Shown piece by piece: positions 9,103 through 17,821 of a DNA stretch of 64,000 bases (position 1 is its first letter; each line of letters begins with the position of its first letter). Under the pieces are notes generated by a model that saw nothing but the letters and a program-made list of their open reading frames with translations, did no database searches and was not told the DNA's origin. The position numbers and the translations under genes are program-made. The stretch is from the IMG/VR virus record IMGVR_UViG_3300036770_003657, positions 335,797 to 399,796 of that record; one strand, written 5' to 3'.

Positions 9103-10603
9103 CTCTAGCTCTTATTCTTTCTAATTCATCTATTTGCCAAGGTAATCTATCTACTAAACCCATTTTTTTAAGTTTAATTTGTTGTTTGATAGTATCATTT
9201 GGATTAGAGTCTTTCCATGCTTTCATTAAATCTTTTTCACGTTGCTTTAGTTCATTTATATATCTTGTTTCATCATCTTCAACTAAAATAACACGATCTT
9301 CATCATCAGTAGCTACTCTTTTTTTTTCCGTATCGGTATCAGTCTCAGGCTTAGGTTCTGGAGCAGTAGCTACTGGAACAGGACTCAAATATGGTTTTTC
9401 TGTTTCTATTTTAATTTCAGTAGTATCTACAGTAATAATAGGTTGCTCTACTACTGGAACTATTTCTGGTTGTAAAACAATTGGTTCCTCTGTCTTAACT
9501 TCTATAATTGGTTCTGGGGGAACGATTATAGGCTCTTCTACTTTAATCTCCACAACTGGCGCTGGCTCGACGACGGGCTCTTCAATTTTAACTTCTTTGG
9601 CGGGTGCGGTTTCTTCATTAGGTGCTGGACGCCATTTAAAAAATACACCAGGTTTATCAAGATAACTTAATATTTTACTAGGTTCTGCTGGCTTAGGTGC
9701 AGTTTCCTTAATTTGTTCTATGACTTCTTCAGGTAAAGGCCCATCGTCCTTTTCGTACTTAGGTTCTTCAGGAGCGGGCTCATCCTTGCCCTTGGGACGC
9801 ATTTCTTCCTTGACCTTATCCCATAAACTGGCTTTTTCCTTACGTTCTTGGAAAGCCCATTGAAAACTCATTTGACTGGCTAGTAATAATAACACTGCCA
9901 AAGGATCAAATACAAATACAATGGTAAGAATTACCCAGACTACTGCTTTTTCTAGTAAATTAGTGTCAGGGTTATCACCATAGATTAAGGCTGCTATATA
10001 TTTGATTGGGCCAACTTCTGCTTCTACAGCACGAACTTCGGCACGTATTGGAGCAGCTTGTTCATTTAATTTTTGAATAACGCCCTGTTCAGTTTCAATC
10101 TCTTTTAATAGTCTTGCTCTATCTCTAGCCTGACTACGACGTATTTGATCTGACCTAGCAGCACCTTGTTCATTGGTACTACGGCTCATTACTTGATCTA
10201 CTGCTGCATCCAATTGTTTTAATTGATTTCTAGCAGATTCAATATTTTCTCTACTTATTTTGATCTTTTCGTCAATAAGGCTTATCTTGGCCTGTACGTC
10301 ACCACTGACTAGGCTTTGGTCACTATGTGCTTTACTAAGATAGCCAAAAATACCCATGCTAGTTATGAGCATTAGGGTAATGACTGCTATAGTAAGGTAG
10401 CCTTTTAAACTCCATGGAGTTCGATACCAATTAGCCTTAAGCCACCATGCTGTGACCAATTTACTAATTTCCAATACAGTGCCCATAATGATGACACTAA
10501 GGGCGGCGGCACTGAATATGCTAGCCAGCCCTAGAACCGAATAATATATAGCTATTGTTGAAATAGCTATACCTGTAAAGAATGTTAAAAATGCGAGAAC
10601 CAT
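9083..10603 (-). CDS. Membrane protein with coiled coil and Pro/Glu-rich tail
   Basis: Three N-terminal TM segments, a coiled coil, a further TM (VVWVILTIVFVFDPLAVLLLLA) and an EP-rich region; TAAATA upstream. Confidence 0.75.
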   Translation of the reverse strand: MVLAFLTFFTGIAISTIAIYYSVLGLASIFSAAALSVIIMGTVLEISKLVTAWWLKANWYRTPWSLKGYLTIAVITLMLITSMGIFGYLSKAHSDQSLVSGDVQAKISLIDEKIKISRENIESARNQLKQLDAAVDQVMSRSTNEQGAARSDQIRRSQARDRARLLKEIETEQGVIQKLNEQAAPIRAEVRAVEAEVGPIKYIAALIYGDNPDTNLLEKAVVWVILTIVFVFDPLAVLLLLASQMSFQWAFQERKEKASLWDKVKEEMRPKGKDEPAPEEPKYEKDDGPLPEEVIEQIKETAPKPAEPSKILSYLDKPGVFFKWRPAPNEETAPAKEVKIEEPVVEPAPVVEIKVEEPIIVPPEPIIEVKTEEPIVLQPEIVPVVEQPIITVDTTEIKIETEKPYLSPVPVATAPEPKPETDTDTEKKRVATDDEDRVILVEDDETRYINELKQREKDLMKAWKDSNPNDTIKQQIKLKKMGLVDRLPWQIDELERIRARDESGKN

Positions 10604-10612
10604 ATCAAATAT

Positions 10613-11074
10613 TTATTTGAAAAAGCTCCACATCCTTGTACTTTCATCTAGACAGGCCCAGTGTTCTTCTGTGTTACGACTACTGGTAGTTCGTATTTCA
10701 CTATATACTCTACGACATAGTCTACCGCTTAGACGTTGAGTCATAATAATTTCAATAATGCCGTGATTGTAACTGTCATCGCTATACCAACGTATGACCT
10801 CACCATTGTCCAAATTACCAAGAGCGGTAAACATTGCCTGTTGATGCTTTCTACGATCATCTTCATTTAGTCCATCCAACATTCTGATTACACTATTTTT
10901 AATAGACCAAATGCTCTCAGGTAAACGAATTGTAACCTGTGCATTAGCCTGTGTGCTAGCGATTAATGCCGCGGCCGTCAATAACTTCCCAACTACCATC
11001 ACGCTTTTGGCAAGCATAGTTAATTCCTTCAATAATACGCCCATTGGGCAATTGTTGTTTATAGGGATGTTCAA
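10613..11074 (-). CDS. Exported protein resembling the 17-kDa surface antigen (RT0821/Lpp0805) C-terminal domain
   Basis: Signal peptide, then ALGNLDNGEVIRW...LCRRV...WAC; start uncertain. Confidence 0.5.
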   Translation of the reverse strand: MNIPINNNCPMGVLLKELTMLAKSVMVVGKLLTAAALIASTQANAQVTIRLPESIWSIKNSVIRMLDGLNEDDRRKHQQAMFTALGNLDNGEVIRWYSDDSYNHGIIEIIMTQRLSGRLCRRVYSEIRTTSSRNTEEHWACLDESTRMWSFFK

Positions 11075-11288
11075 AGCACTTTGGGGCTACTCCCATTCTT
11101 TTAATAGGGATGGCTTCAATGGGATCGTCTGTACATCGCATAATGGTTTGACTGGCTACAGACTTACCATCTACTATAGTAACATCTTTAGTACCATAAC
11201 AAGCCGGTTTAGCCGGCTGGTGAATTTGTCTAGGAACAGAACCACAGCCAGCTAAAATCACTACTAAAGGTATTAGAATTACTTTCAT
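10956..11288 (-). CDS. Lipoprotein
   Basis: Lipobox LAGC; several Cys. Confidence 0.7.
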   Translation of the reverse strand: MKVILIPLVVILAGCGSVPRQIHQPAKPACYGTKDVTIVDGKSVASQTIMRCTDDPIEAIPIKRMGVAPKCFEHPYKQQLPNGRIIEGINYACQKRDGSWEVIDGRGINR

Positions 11289-11294
11289 TATAAA

Positions 11295-12056
11295 TCAACG
11301 AATAGTTGTATTCATTACTACAGCATTTGGATCCTTTAATACTTCGGCTACTCTTGCCTTTACTTTTTCATCTGTAATAGAATTAGTAATCATTCTACTT
11401 CGATCTAAACTTGCAACTGGAGTTACTATAATTCCATTAGAATTTTCCTTTTCATTTTTAGAAACTTCTTTAGGTTTTATCTCAGGTGTTTTTACTGGTT
11501 TTTTGTCTAATTCATTAAAAGCCTCTGTTTCAGCATCAACTTCTTTAACGGGCTCTTTAACTTCGACTTTTTGTTCATCTAATTTAATAGCCATAAGAAC
11601 AAATGCTCTATAAACATTAGTGCTTTCTAGTACGACTTTTGTATCTACAAGCTCTACACCAGTAAGACTTACGTTCTCAACTTTTTTTCTAGTAGCACTT
11701 TGATAACTTCCTACATAAGAGCCGTTTTTGTCTGCCTGGAACATTTTAGTTTGTTTATCAATTTTAGAATCCAATGTTTCTGCAATTTTAGATTGAGCAA
11801 GTGTTCTTGCTTTTTCCACAGCCATAGAATAATCTTGACTACGAGCACTTGCACTAGAATATAAAATACCTGGAGTCTTAGGCAACTTGTGCATCCATTC
11901 TGGAGAACTATCTATGGTTACGTTGGATGGATGTTTGTAGATTACTTTTTCAACTACTCTTTCAGTAACTTGTGGGACAGGAGTCTCTTTTTTAGTAACA
12001 AAAGTTTCACAACCTGCAAGAGCAACTACAATTGGCAAAATAACAAATTTTTTCAT
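11295..12056 (-). CDS. Lipoprotein, LPP20-like
   Basis: Lipobox LAGC; SPEW...SASARSQDYSMAVEKARTLAQSKIA. Confidence 0.6.
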   Translation of the reverse strand: MKKFVILPIVVALAGCETFVTKKETPVPQVTERVVEKVIYKHPSNVTIDSSPEWMHKLPKTPGILYSSASARSQDYSMAVEKARTLAQSKIAETLDSKIDKQTKMFQADKNGSYVGSYQSATRKKVENVSLTGVELVDTKVVLESTNVYRAFVLMAIKLDEQKVEVKEPVKEVDAETEAFNELDKKPVKTPEIKPKEVSKNEKENSNGIIVTPVASLDRSRMITNSITDEKVKARVAEVLKDPNAVVMNTTIR

Positions 12057-12178
12057 TTTGAAGCTTCCTGTAAAGTTGTCCCTGCCTTTTGGCTAATATT
12101 ATCTGTAAGTTTAAGTAAACCTGATATGTCTAATTTACCTACAACGAATCCAATTAGAAATACTGCAATATAACGCAT
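12053..12178 (-). CDS. Small membrane protein (41 aa)
   Basis: Not in the track. MRYIAVFLIGFVVGKLDISG...; ATGA overlap with the next gene; GAGGA RBS. Confidence 0.6.
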   Translation of the reverse strand: MRYIAVFLIGFVVGKLDISGLLKLTDNISQKAGTTLQEASK

Positions 12179-12259
12179 ATGATCCTCTATATCTGTGGGT
12201 TAATGTTTTACTACAAGTCAAATTATACAATCGTTCCTATATCTTGTCATTAATTTTGG

Positions 12260-12589
12260 TTATTTAAAAATGATCAATCCCATAAGTGTTGCTTGAACAA
12301 AGAAACCAAACCCAATTGTAATAATATTGAGTAAGTCCCTAGCAATTACACTACGGAGAAAGAACATAAACAGACCTAGCCAAACCAATCCAACCAAATC
12401 TACAGGTGGCATCTTTTCTGTTAATCCTGTTAATATGGCTATTAGTGTAGGAATAGTGGCCATATGTATTAGAATTACAGCTATCCAGTTCAATGTTTCT
12501 GCACTGATATGTCCAATATTTTCTACTAGATTATTTGCCATTTCCTTAAAATTGAACAATTCAAGTACTTTATCCCATTGTATTTTCAT
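12260..12589 (-). CDS. Membrane protein
   Basis: Three to four hydrophobic segments; GGAG RBS. Confidence 0.7.
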   Translation of the reverse strand: MKIQWDKVLELFNFKEMANNLVENIGHISAETLNWIAVILIHMATIPTLIAILTGLTEKMPPVDLVGLVWLGLFMFFLRSVIARDLLNIITIGFGFFVQATLMGLIIFK

Positions 12590-12597
12590 GTTTACTC

Positions 12598-13137
12598 CTA
12601 TTTGTAAAAAATATGTTGACCTATTACTGCTACTCGTTTACGATTCCACCGTGGATTCACATATTTGGCATGAAAGTACATGGCATCTTCCAAACTGGGT
12701 AATCTAAATCCTTCAAGTAAAACCATTTTGGCTACTTTTTCACTTTCCCTATATGTTTGCTCATGTTTAGGAATACGCTTAGAAGGATGTGTACAATACC
12801 AACTAAATTGGCAAAGCACTTTTTCATATACTACGTTCTTTTGGTAAACTACTTGACACAGGTCTGCTGGAAATTGTCCACTGTTGGCTCTATTCAATGT
12901 TACCTGTGCTACTGCTACCTTACCCTCAAATGGTTCTGTGCCTGCTTCATAATATACATTACGTGCCAAACACTCTAGTTGTCTACTCATTGACTCAGCT
13001 GGTATATGTTTAAAGGAACTCATTTTGATATTGATTTCCTTATTCTCATCCAACTTGAACATAACAACTTTATAACCTACCCACCCTAAACCAATTGCGG
13101 CAATAAGGATGGCTAGCATTTTAACAATGCGTATCAT
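12598..13137 (-). CDS. Cell wall hydrolase, SleB/Hydrolase_2 family, membrane-anchored
   Basis: CLARNVYYEAGTE...AVAQVTLNR...CQVVYQ...QFSW...YFHA...IGQHIFY. Confidence 0.9.
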   Translation of the reverse strand: MIRIVKMLAILIAAIGLGWVGYKVVMFKLDENKEINIKMSSFKHIPAESMSRQLECLARNVYYEAGTEPFEGKVAVAQVTLNRANSGQFPADLCQVVYQKNVVYEKVLCQFSWYCTHPSKRIPKHEQTYRESEKVAKMVLLEGFRLPSLEDAMYFHAKYVNPRWNRKRVAVIGQHIFYK

Positions 13138-13167
13138 TTTTATCTCCTTTACGCTGGATAATTAAGG

Positions 13168-13563
13168 CTATCTACGCATACTAGCAATGTCTTTAGCCTC
13201 ATCATCTGTAAAGATGGGCACAGCATTACTCTTATGCATGGTTCCAATACCCTTAATTTTAGTGCCGGTATAGAGCTTGGGTGCTGCCTTAGTAGCGGCG
13301 GCACTGTCTATACCTTTATTTAGGCTGGGAATACGTGGAGCATCCATTCCACGATATGTCAGTTTTGGTGGCTGATATACAGTACGATCCATGGCGGCAC
13401 GTTGTTTACGTTGCTCCTGTTCAATACCATATTTCTTTTGAAGCGCATGCCAATCCGCTTCAAGTTCCCTTGCCTTCCGTGCTTCATCGGCGTTGCGGAA
13501 TTTAGTTTTACCCTTACGCTTGCCTGTAGTACTGAGCCACGGACCTTCAAGATGCATACTCAT
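13168..13563 (-). CDS. Conserved phage hypothetical protein
   Basis: C-terminal YTGTKIKGIGTMHKSNAVP motif, recalled from T4-like phage hypotheticals. Confidence 0.7.
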   Translation of the reverse strand: MSMHLEGPWLSTTGKRKGKTKFRNADEARKARELEADWHALQKKYGIEQEQRKQRAAMDRTVYQPPKLTYRGMDAPRIPSLNKGIDSAAATKAAPKLYTGTKIKGIGTMHKSNAVPIFTDDEAKDIASMRR

Positions 13564-13709
13564 TAGTCTTCCCTTGTATAGTTTAACACATTGCCAACAC
13601 CATATTGTGCTTCTCCTAGCATTTTGGCAGCATAGTCATTCTCTGCGTATACAATGGTATTCACTGTTTGATATTCATTGATACGAACCCAAAGTTTGTA
13701 CTTGTACAT
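13563..13709 (-). CDS. Small hypothetical protein (48 aa)
   Basis: Not in the track. MYKYKLWVRINEYQTVNTIVYAENDYAAKMLGEAQYG...; GGAGG RBS; TTGACA-17-TACAAT promoter at 13734-13762. Confidence 0.7.
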   Translation of the reverse strand: MYKYKLWVRINEYQTVNTIVYAENDYAAKMLGEAQYGVGNVLNYTRED

Positions 13710-13772
13710 GGTACCTCCTATAGTAATTTATTTATTGTAGTAGAACTGTAATCAAATGTCAACTAAAAGCGA

Positions 13773-14108
13773 TTAAATGGCTGGCATTTGTTTACTTACT
13801 AGATTTAGTAAGTCCTGTAGGTCAAAATCCGCTAATTTCGCCCCTAATTCTACTGGTGAGTCAGGCAAATCTTCCCAATCTTTAATACAAAGTATTTCAA
13901 ATATTTCCCTACGACTTATAGGTTCTTCTCGCATATAACTTACCCATAAAACTGTAAGAAAACTCAGTGTGAATACTGTTTCATTGTTTATAATGTCGTT
14001 ATCTTCACAGTATTTTACAGTTTGGTTTAGGTAATAATCTATATCTTCAATACGATTTTCTAATTGATTAATCCAAAGTTTAGTATCGTATATATTCCAA
14101 TGTTTCAT
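13773..14108 (-). CDS. Hypothetical protein
   Basis: 111-aa ORF coupled to the upstream gene. Confidence 0.7.
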   Translation of the reverse strand: MKHWNIYDTKLWINQLENRIEDIDYYLNQTVKYCEDNDIINNETVFTLSFLTVLWVSYMREEPISRREIFEILCIKDWEDLPDSPVELGAKLADFDLQDLLNLVSKQMPAI

Positions 14109-14281
14109 TTTTGGTTATTCACATTTTGATATACATTACCTGCTATATAAGCACTGATGGCGGCCACTGCCACAACTGAATAGACTCCTGGATCTATTTT
14201 TCCAAACCATACCAGTAATTGGTTTCCAAGAATGGCCAACACGGCTACAATAAACTTGCGTTGTCCTATTAATTTATCCAT
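14105..14281 (-). CDS. Small two-TM protein, holin-like (58 aa)
   Basis: Not in the track. [50 protein letters not shown]...; overlaps both neighbours. Confidence 0.55.
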   Translation of the reverse strand: MDKLIGQRKFIVAVLAILGNQLLVWFGKIDPGVYSVVAVAAISAYIAGNVYQNVNNQK

Positions 14282-14607
14282 TAAACATTAAAACTTTCGC
14301 CACAACCACATTTGGCTTTTTCATTTGGATTGTTAAATTCAAAACCTTCGTTTAGGCCTTGTTTAACCCAATCCATTTCTAAACCATCTACATAGACTAG
14401 GCTACGTCCATCTACATATACTTTGACACCATAGTTATCATAGACAAATTGATCTCGTGTTACAGTCGGATTATCTACATATTCTAACACATAGGCTAGT
14501 CCACTACACCCTGTGGTTTTTACTCCAATACGTATACCAATACCTTTACCTCTACGTTCTAAATTATTTTTAACTTTTTCAGCGGCACGTTCAGTCAGTG
14601 TAATCAT
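14281..14607 (-). CDS. iscA: Iron-sulfur cluster assembly protein IscA
   Basis: [12 protein letters not shown]...EGF.F.NPN...CGCGESF; TATAAATA at 14613-14620. Confidence 0.95.
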   Translation of the reverse strand: MITLTERAAEKVKNNLERRGKGIGIRIGVKTTGCSGLAYVLEYVDNPTVTRDQFVYDNYGVKVYVDGRSLVYVDGLEMDWVKQGLNEGFEFNNPNEKAKCGCGESFNV

Positions 14608-14621
14608 AAAAATATTTATAT

Positions 14622-14642
14622 AAAAAAAGGGCCCTAAGGCCC
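14622..14642 (-). terminator. Rho-independent terminator
   Basis: GGGCC-TTAG-GGCCC followed by a T7 run on the minus strand. Confidence 0.75.
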
Positions 14643-14660
14643 AATTTGTAAAAGGCTAAA

Positions 14661-14789
14661 TTATTTTTTAGCTTCTTTTTTCTCTTCTTTCTTATCTACC
14701 TTCTTGTCATCCTTCTTAGCATCTGCTGCATAAGCGGTACCTACGGTTAAAGCAAAAAGAGCTGTCATCATTGCTGCAACGATTTTCAT
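14661..14789 (-). CDS. Small exported Lys/Asp/Glu-rich protein (42 aa)
   Basis: Not in the track. MKIVAAMMTALFALTVGTAYA then ADAKKDDKKVDKKEEKKEAKK; AGGA RBS. Confidence 0.65.
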   Translation of the reverse strand: MKIVAAMMTALFALTVGTAYAADAKKDDKKVDKKEEKKEAKK

Positions 14790-14854
14790 ACATGTTCCTT
14801 TCTAGTTAGTATGTATATATATTAACGCCTGTGTGTGTAAATGTGCTGACTTAT

Positions 14855-15250
14855 TTATTGAGCAGTTTGCTCAATCATATGTTTTTGTTTGTAGTCTGTT
14901 ATTGCGGCCTTAATGGCATCCTCTGCCAAAATGCTACAGTGAATTTTTACAGGTGGCAGAGCCAATTCTTCGGCTATATGCGTGTTTCTAATTTCCCCTG
15001 CTTGTTCAAGACTGCGTCCTTTGACCCATTCTGTAACAAGACTACTACTGGCTATGGCACTACCACATCCATATGTCTTAAACTTTGCGTCGGTAATAAT
15101 GCCATCTTCCACCTTGATTTGTAATTTCATTACATCACCACAAGCAGGTGCTCCCACCATGCCTGTTCCTATGCCAGATTCGTCTTTGGCAAAACTGCCT
15201 ACATTACGTGGGTTTTCGTAGTGGTCTAATACTTTTGTTGAATATGCCAT
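14855..15250 (-). CDS. iscU: Fe-S cluster scaffold IscU
   Basis: VLDHYENPRNVG, GAPACGDVMKLQ, YGCGSAIASSS, LPPVKIHCS. Confidence 0.97.
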   Translation of the reverse strand: MAYSTKVLDHYENPRNVGSFAKDESGIGTGMVGAPACGDVMKLQIKVEDGIITDAKFKTYGCGSAIASSSLVTEWVKGRSLEQAGEIRNTHIAEELALPPVKIHCSILAEDAIKAAITDYKQKHMIEQTAQ

Positions 15251-15373
15251 CTATAACTTTCTCCTCAATGTGTTTATGTGTTTTAGGGGTAGGTGGCAAT
15301 TTTAAATTCTCAAACTTCTTTAGAAACAATAACCAAGCCTCATCATCTTTCGAATCAGCATCAATTTTTGGAT

Positions 15374-15724
15374 CTATTGACATGAAAATACGGATCCGTA
15401 TATGGGACGACCGTGTTGGTCTTTAAACCAACCTTTTTCCTCTCTGAGCATGGTTCCTAATGGACAAGTCAATGTAGGAACAGCATTCATATCATAGATT
15501 ACACTAGGTTTAGGGTTCTCATTCATAATTATTGTTTGTGTATCGTTACGCTGATTGGCTATTACAGCACCAGCAATACCACCAATAATTAATGGGGCTA
15601 CCCAATGATGTGCGGGTGGACTATTCCAATGTCTATGGTGATGATGTCTGTGTCCATGATAAGGACCCGCATCTACACCAGTACTAAAAATTGTTAAAGC
15701 CAAACCTAGTATAATCTTTTTCAT
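15374..15724 (-). CDS. Exported His-rich hypothetical protein
   Basis: Signal peptide, HGHRHHHHRH, WVAPLIIGGIAGAVIA. Confidence 0.65.
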   Translation of the reverse strand: MKKIILGLALTIFSTGVDAGPYHGHRHHHHRHWNSPPAHHWVAPLIIGGIAGAVIANQRNDTQTIIMNENPKPSVIYDMNAVPTLTCPLGTMLREEKGWFKDQHGRPIYGSVFSCQ

Positions 15725-15749
15725 AATCTACCCCTTAAAGGTTGTAAAA

Positions 15750-15950
15750 TTATTTATCCTTGCTTTCTTTACGTGAGTTTTTGACTTCTGTAACGTGGTT
15801 TCTAACTTCTTTACATAATTTGGCTAATTCTTGAAGGTGTTTACGCACACGAGTTCCAGCGGCATTATTGCCTTTATTGTAAAACTTTTCAAAATCGTCC
15901 TGCATACCTTCCATTAAGGTCTTAAACTCATTAAATCTACTTGAATCCAT
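15750..15950 (-). CDS. Histone H1-like protein (Hc1 N-terminal family)
   Basis: FEKFYNKGNNAAGTRVRKHLQEL (cf. KGNKAAxxRxR); start moved to the ATG at 15950 after GGAG. Confidence 0.7.
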   Translation of the reverse strand: MDSSRFNEFKTLMEGMQDDFEKFYNKGNNAAGTRVRKHLQELAKLCKEVRNHVTEVKNSRKESKDK

Positions 15951-16006
15951 ATAAATCTCCTTGTACATAATTTAGCATAATCTATACTATAGTCAAAGAA
16001 AAACGA

Positions 16007-17482
16007 CTATTCCGCATCAAAAAAGAACATATGCCATAATCTACAATTGTCCTTGTTATAGCCAAAATATTCTTTAGCTGCGTGTATCAACCCACCATCA
16101 TAGATCACAAGTCGATTATATACATTGCCTACTACATCAACGTCTTCAAATCCAGTACCATCTAAAAATGTAATTTGATTAAAACAATCCATAATCCTAG
16201 GATCACTACAATGACGTACACGATTAGTTTTGTAAGCACTCATTCTTGTGCCTGCACTATAGGGAGCGTTTGGTGTAAGATATATTAGACCAGCAAACTT
16301 TTGAAAATCAGTGTGCCAAGTTATAGCTTCACCTGCTACATTATGTTGAAATCTGCCATTCATTCCATGGCTTTCCCAATTGGTTATACGCATACCCATA
16401 ACCTGTTCAAACTTTTCTTTCATTCCTGGAAAGAAAAACTGCTGTCTAGTACGTTTACCTATAAAACCAGGATCATCAAAGTAATGTTGATTTAAAGCGA
16501 ATTCACGCACACTATCGGGATCATCATAAAAATCCTCTACAATCCATAACCTAGGCTTTTTGTTAGCTCCCATAGTTACTCCACCCATCTGTGGGAAACT
16601 CCATACCAAGGATTGATGAGCGCCTTCTAATGTAGGTAAAAAGAACTCATTATTTCTAACAACTTCAGGTAACTTATCTGTATTGTAGGGTTTAAGATGA
16701 TGATCACGTACTGCTACAGGATCTTGACCATTGTCCGTAGGAACAAATGTGTTCATATAACTTTTACGTAATTCGTGCCCTAATGCGCTATGTTCACTGT
16801 AAAAGTGGCTATCTTCGTACATCTTCCACTTAAGTTCACGATTTCCCATCCATTGGAATTTCCAGCCTGCGTCCTGTATTTCGTTATTGTCTTGTAGGTA
16901 CATTCCAGGGAAGTCTACCCAAGTCCATTTACCGTCTCTAGTCTTTTCTCTACGAAAGTCGCTTAAACTATATATGGTAAAGTGTTCACTGCGACAAACA
17001 TAACCCTGACGATTTTGTACCATCTCTCCACTTTCTGCCTGTAATTGCCAAGCACTATGTCCGCTTAGATGTGCTAATGGTAATCTAATATTATGTACTG
17101 GACTATTATAGCTTATACTACGATAATAATCAACAAACCCATAATTAGGTATTTCATCTTCGTAGTTTACAAATACTATGCTATTTTGTGGTATGTGTTT
17201 ACGCATACAATCAAACAGCCAATCGCTGCGTTCTTCTACGCTATGTCCAAACTTTGGTAAATCGTTACGTTTAACTTGAACAATTTGAATTTTATCTGTT
17301 GGTAATCCAAGGTCAACTATATCTTGTTCTAGGGTAAAAGGTTTATCTTTCCCTGATAGTGCATAATCGGCTTCTGCTATAATAAACAAATCAAAGCGAT
17401 CATACAAGTATTCAATTCTTAATTTCAATAATTCCTTAACGCCAGTATAAACTGAGCAATTTACAACTGGTTTATCGTACAT
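16007..17482 (-). CDS. Fusion of a GT17-like glycosyltransferase N-domain and a DUF6445 / 2OG-Fe(II) oxygenase-like C-domain
   Basis: ELLKLRIEYLYDRFDLFIIAEA...SG..KP; IVEDFYDDPDSVREFAL...G.RT, HTD, NRLVIYDG..IH. Confidence 0.6.
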   Translation of the reverse strand: MYDKPVVNCSVYTGVKELLKLRIEYLYDRFDLFIIAEADYALSGKDKPFTLEQDIVDLGLPTDKIQIVQVKRNDLPKFGHSVEERSDWLFDCMRKHIPQNSIVFVNYEDEIPNYGFVDYYRSISYNSPVHNIRLPLAHLSGHSAWQLQAESGEMVQNRQGYVCRSEHFTIYSLSDFRREKTRDGKWTWVDFPGMYLQDNNEIQDAGWKFQWMGNRELKWKMYEDSHFYSEHSALGHELRKSYMNTFVPTDNGQDPVAVRDHHLKPYNTDKLPEVVRNNEFFLPTLEGAHQSLVWSFPQMGGVTMGANKKPRLWIVEDFYDDPDSVREFALNQHYFDDPGFIGKRTRQQFFFPGMKEKFEQVMGMRITNWESHGMNGRFQHNVAGEAITWHTDFQKFAGLIYLTPNAPYSAGTRMSAYKTNRVRHCSDPRIMDCFNQITFLDGTGFEDVDVVGNVYNRLVIYDGGLIHAAKEYFGYNKDNCRLWHMFFFDAE

Positions 17483-17523
17483 AGTAGTCCTTTAGTAGTA
17501 TAAGCTATTTACTATTCTATGCT

Positions 17524-17820
17524 TTAGTCACCTGCATAAACGTTAGGACTGCCCTGTGCTGACGCACTTCCACAAGCCACAGGGTCACCTACTCTACAAA
17601 CATCCAAATAATTGGCAAATACTGTTCCACTACCTTTAGCTAAATTACTAGAATGACAACTTGATCCGCAGCAGTGTACAATCCAGTGATCAGTTCTTCT
17701 ATGTACATTTAAAAAATTTGCATAAACATTAGGACTACCTTGACTATTTGGTCTTGGAGGCCAACATCCATGTCCCGTACAAACGTCGCCTAATCTTGTA
17801 ACATTTTTACTATTAGCCAT
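17524..17820 (-). CDS. PAAR-repeat spike tip protein (T4 gp5.4-like)
   Basis: TRLGDVCTGHGCWPPRP...GSPNVYAN...RVGDPVACGS...GSPNVYAG. Confidence 0.9.
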   Translation of the reverse strand: MANSKNVTRLGDVCTGHGCWPPRPNSQGSPNVYANFLNVHRRTDHWIVHCCGSSCHSSNLAKGSGTVFANYLDVCRVGDPVACGSASAQGSPNVYAGD

Positions 17821-17821
17821 T

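Noticed and set aside
15201-15383. Possible 60-aa ORF (MSIDPKIDADSKDDEAW...) between the His-rich gene and iscU
   Set aside because: It would overlap iscU by about 50 nt and has no recognisable motif or clear RBS; not supportable.
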